The notes under the pieces were generated by a model that saw only the letters and a program-made list of their open reading frames with translations, did not search any database and was not told where the DNA came from. A program made the position numbers and the translations under genes. A stretch of 63,857 nt of DNA, the filler included, from Reticulomyxa filosa (lineage: Eukaryota; Protista; Foraminifera), in the NCBI GenBank assembly GCA_000512085.1. It is 21 parts of 21 records of this genome, joined end to end, with 100 filler letters (N's around TTAATTAATTAA, not from the genome) between each part and the next. Parts side by side here need not be neighbours in the genome. Positions count along the whole stretch, not along the records: positions 62,281 to 63,857 come from ASPP01018085.1; 20 more parts are not named here. One strand, 5' to 3'. Each line of letters begins with the position of its first letter. The stretch's first letter is position 1. This document shows positions 62,281 to 63,857 of the stretch, one piece after another.

Positions 62281-63477
62281 GTTTATGGCAAGGCAGACGA
62301 GAAAACTTTGGTATTTGACATACTTATGCTCATACAAAGGTACTCATAAAAGACGATTGGAACGTATACAAAGGATTGCAATGTGCCGCATTCTTGGTAT
62401 AATGAACCAGACTGCTTATGACACAGTGTATCAAATGGTCAGGTCGATTCAATGATCAAATCTTGTGTTGGCATACAAGATTTGGAATGAATCAAGACCA
62501 AAGACATCTTTGAATTATATCTCATGGATTGGTAAATTGTCGACATTATCCCGTGGCTGTATTCATGCAGCTGAAGCTGGTGTCCAAATCCTGGTATTGG
62601 AGGCGCAGGACTTGTAATCAAGATCCAAGTATGCCAATGGTTGGAATATCCAATCAATGGCATTACGACCAATATTGGAGCAGAGACTGAAGCAATGAGA
62701 CTTGCATTGAAGTATGTCGGTAATCATTACATATTTCATGGTGGAAGAGGATTATCCTGACTGATTGCACGTTTGTGATCAATGCGTTATTCAACAAATG
62801 GAATTCTGACATCTATTAAGTGCCAATTATGGATTGTCAAAAGATCCTAAAATCATTTAATGAAGAGAATGTTCCAGAGATCTATTGGATTAAAGGTCAT
62901 TCAATGATAAAGTGGATCTTGTTGCAAATAATTCTCGCAGGAAAGCGTTGTAATTGCAACCAGATCTGATCCCACAACATAGATCAGCGGTATCCCTAAA
63001 TAATCACGGATTGAATCCCTATTTCACAGATCAATGGAACAGATATTGGATATGTGAAGGAGTGGATAATCCAAGACATGTAATGACACGATATTTTCTA
63101 TCTAACCTGATGGAAGATCAATCTTTTGAGAAGATTGTCATGCATTCATTGACATTTAGTGAACGCAGAATCATTTGTCGGTTGATTACTGGCAAAGTTG
63201 GATTAAATGATTATTTATACAACATCAAAAGATCAGACTCTCCTGATTGTATTTGGTGTGAAGAAGAAGAGACTGTCGAGTATTTCCTGATGGAATGTTT
63301 GCGGTACGTGAATTACGTCGCAATTGGTGGACAAATGTCCAGACATTGCTTCCAGATATTAATGTATTGTCCCTATCGATGAAATATTTCATTATTGGAG
63401 ACCGAGCATGGAAACCAGACATTAGAACCAAAGCTGTCAAGGCAGCAGCCGTAATCTATACCAAGAGAAAGATTTGA
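62281..63477 (+). mobile_element. Degenerate non-LTR retrotransposon 3' part (RT C-terminus, RNase H, Cys-rich knuckle)
   Basis: RLERIQRIAMCRILG; RNase H PNPGIGGAG...TNIGAETEAMRLAL...LTDC...YWIKGHS; IICRLITGKVGLNDYLYNIKRSDSPDCIWCEEEETVEYFLMEC; several stops and frameshifts. Confidence 0.85.
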
Positions 63478-63604
63478 ACAATTTTCAAGCTTTTCATTTT
63501 AAATCTCAATTTAACTGGAATAACTTTATTGTTTTTCTTTTGAAATTAAAATGTATCAAAATCAACAATATCAGTCACTACTCACAAAATTAAAATAGAC
63601 TATT

Positions 63605-63713
63605 GCCTTCGCGTACTTTTGGCGTGTGGTTTAGCATCAGCGCATGTTAATGAGATGCCTATCCACGACGAGGGGAATATTTTGGCATTTCTGCCACTCC
63701 CTTTCGCGCCGGC
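63605..63713. other. GC-rich, potentially structured non-coding element (three-way junction)
   Basis: On the minus strand: GGCG/CGCC base, GGGAG-TGGCA-GAAA-TGCCA-..-TTCCC arm, GTGG..GGCATC..GATGCT..CCAC arm, within AT-rich flanks. Confidence 0.35.
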
Positions 63714-63857
63714 ATTTATGAAAGCGAGTTCAAAAATCAAAGAACAGATTTCGTAAACAAAGAACACCAAGGAACCTGATGATGTATAAGAGAGCAGGAA
63801 ATTGCAATTAGAAAAGCATTAACATATGGTAAACAGCATTAATTTGCTGCATGAAGG

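Noticed and set aside
63605-63713. Hammerhead/HDV ribozyme, 5S rRNA, tRNA or snRNA assignment
   Set aside because: The core is CTGATGC not CTGATGA, the needed stems do not form, and there is no convincing match to those RNAs; kept only as an unassigned structure.

Overview
This window is not one locus. It is 21 short eukaryotic contigs joined by 20 identical artificial 100-nt spacers (N44-TTAATTAATTAA-N44), so adjacency across spacers has no biological meaning. The DNA is AT-rich, with short GT-AG introns, A/T homopolymer runs, poly-Asn/Gln tracts and many decayed gene copies. A divergent alpha-tubulin and an expanded TRAF-zinc-finger/WD40 family suggest a foraminiferan (Reticulomyxa-like); this is inference. 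Recognisable genes or fragments: XPB pseudogene, 7TM(-RGS-like) protein, NF-X1, divergent G-beta, tandem F-BAR protein, RNF213-like AAA+ ATPase, DEP-flavoprotein reductase fusion pseudogene, kinase and aldo-keto reductase pseudogenes, alpha-tubulin, WD40s, zf-4CXXC_R1 protein, caspase-like C-terminus, RasGEF, WWE protein, ferric reductase, C2H2 zinc finger, PDI and a non-LTR retrotransposon remnant. Highlights: (1) two adjacent ORFs that are one iodothyronine-deiodinase-like selenoprotein (in-frame UGA in GSVT-U-PPF) with a hand-folded, atypical SECIS in its 3'UTR; (2) a large spliced gene that appears to join SPRY, F-box, an uncharacterised helical domain, an RGG-rich linker and a catalytically degenerate DEAD-box fold. 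All family calls come from motif recognition by eye; no searches were run.
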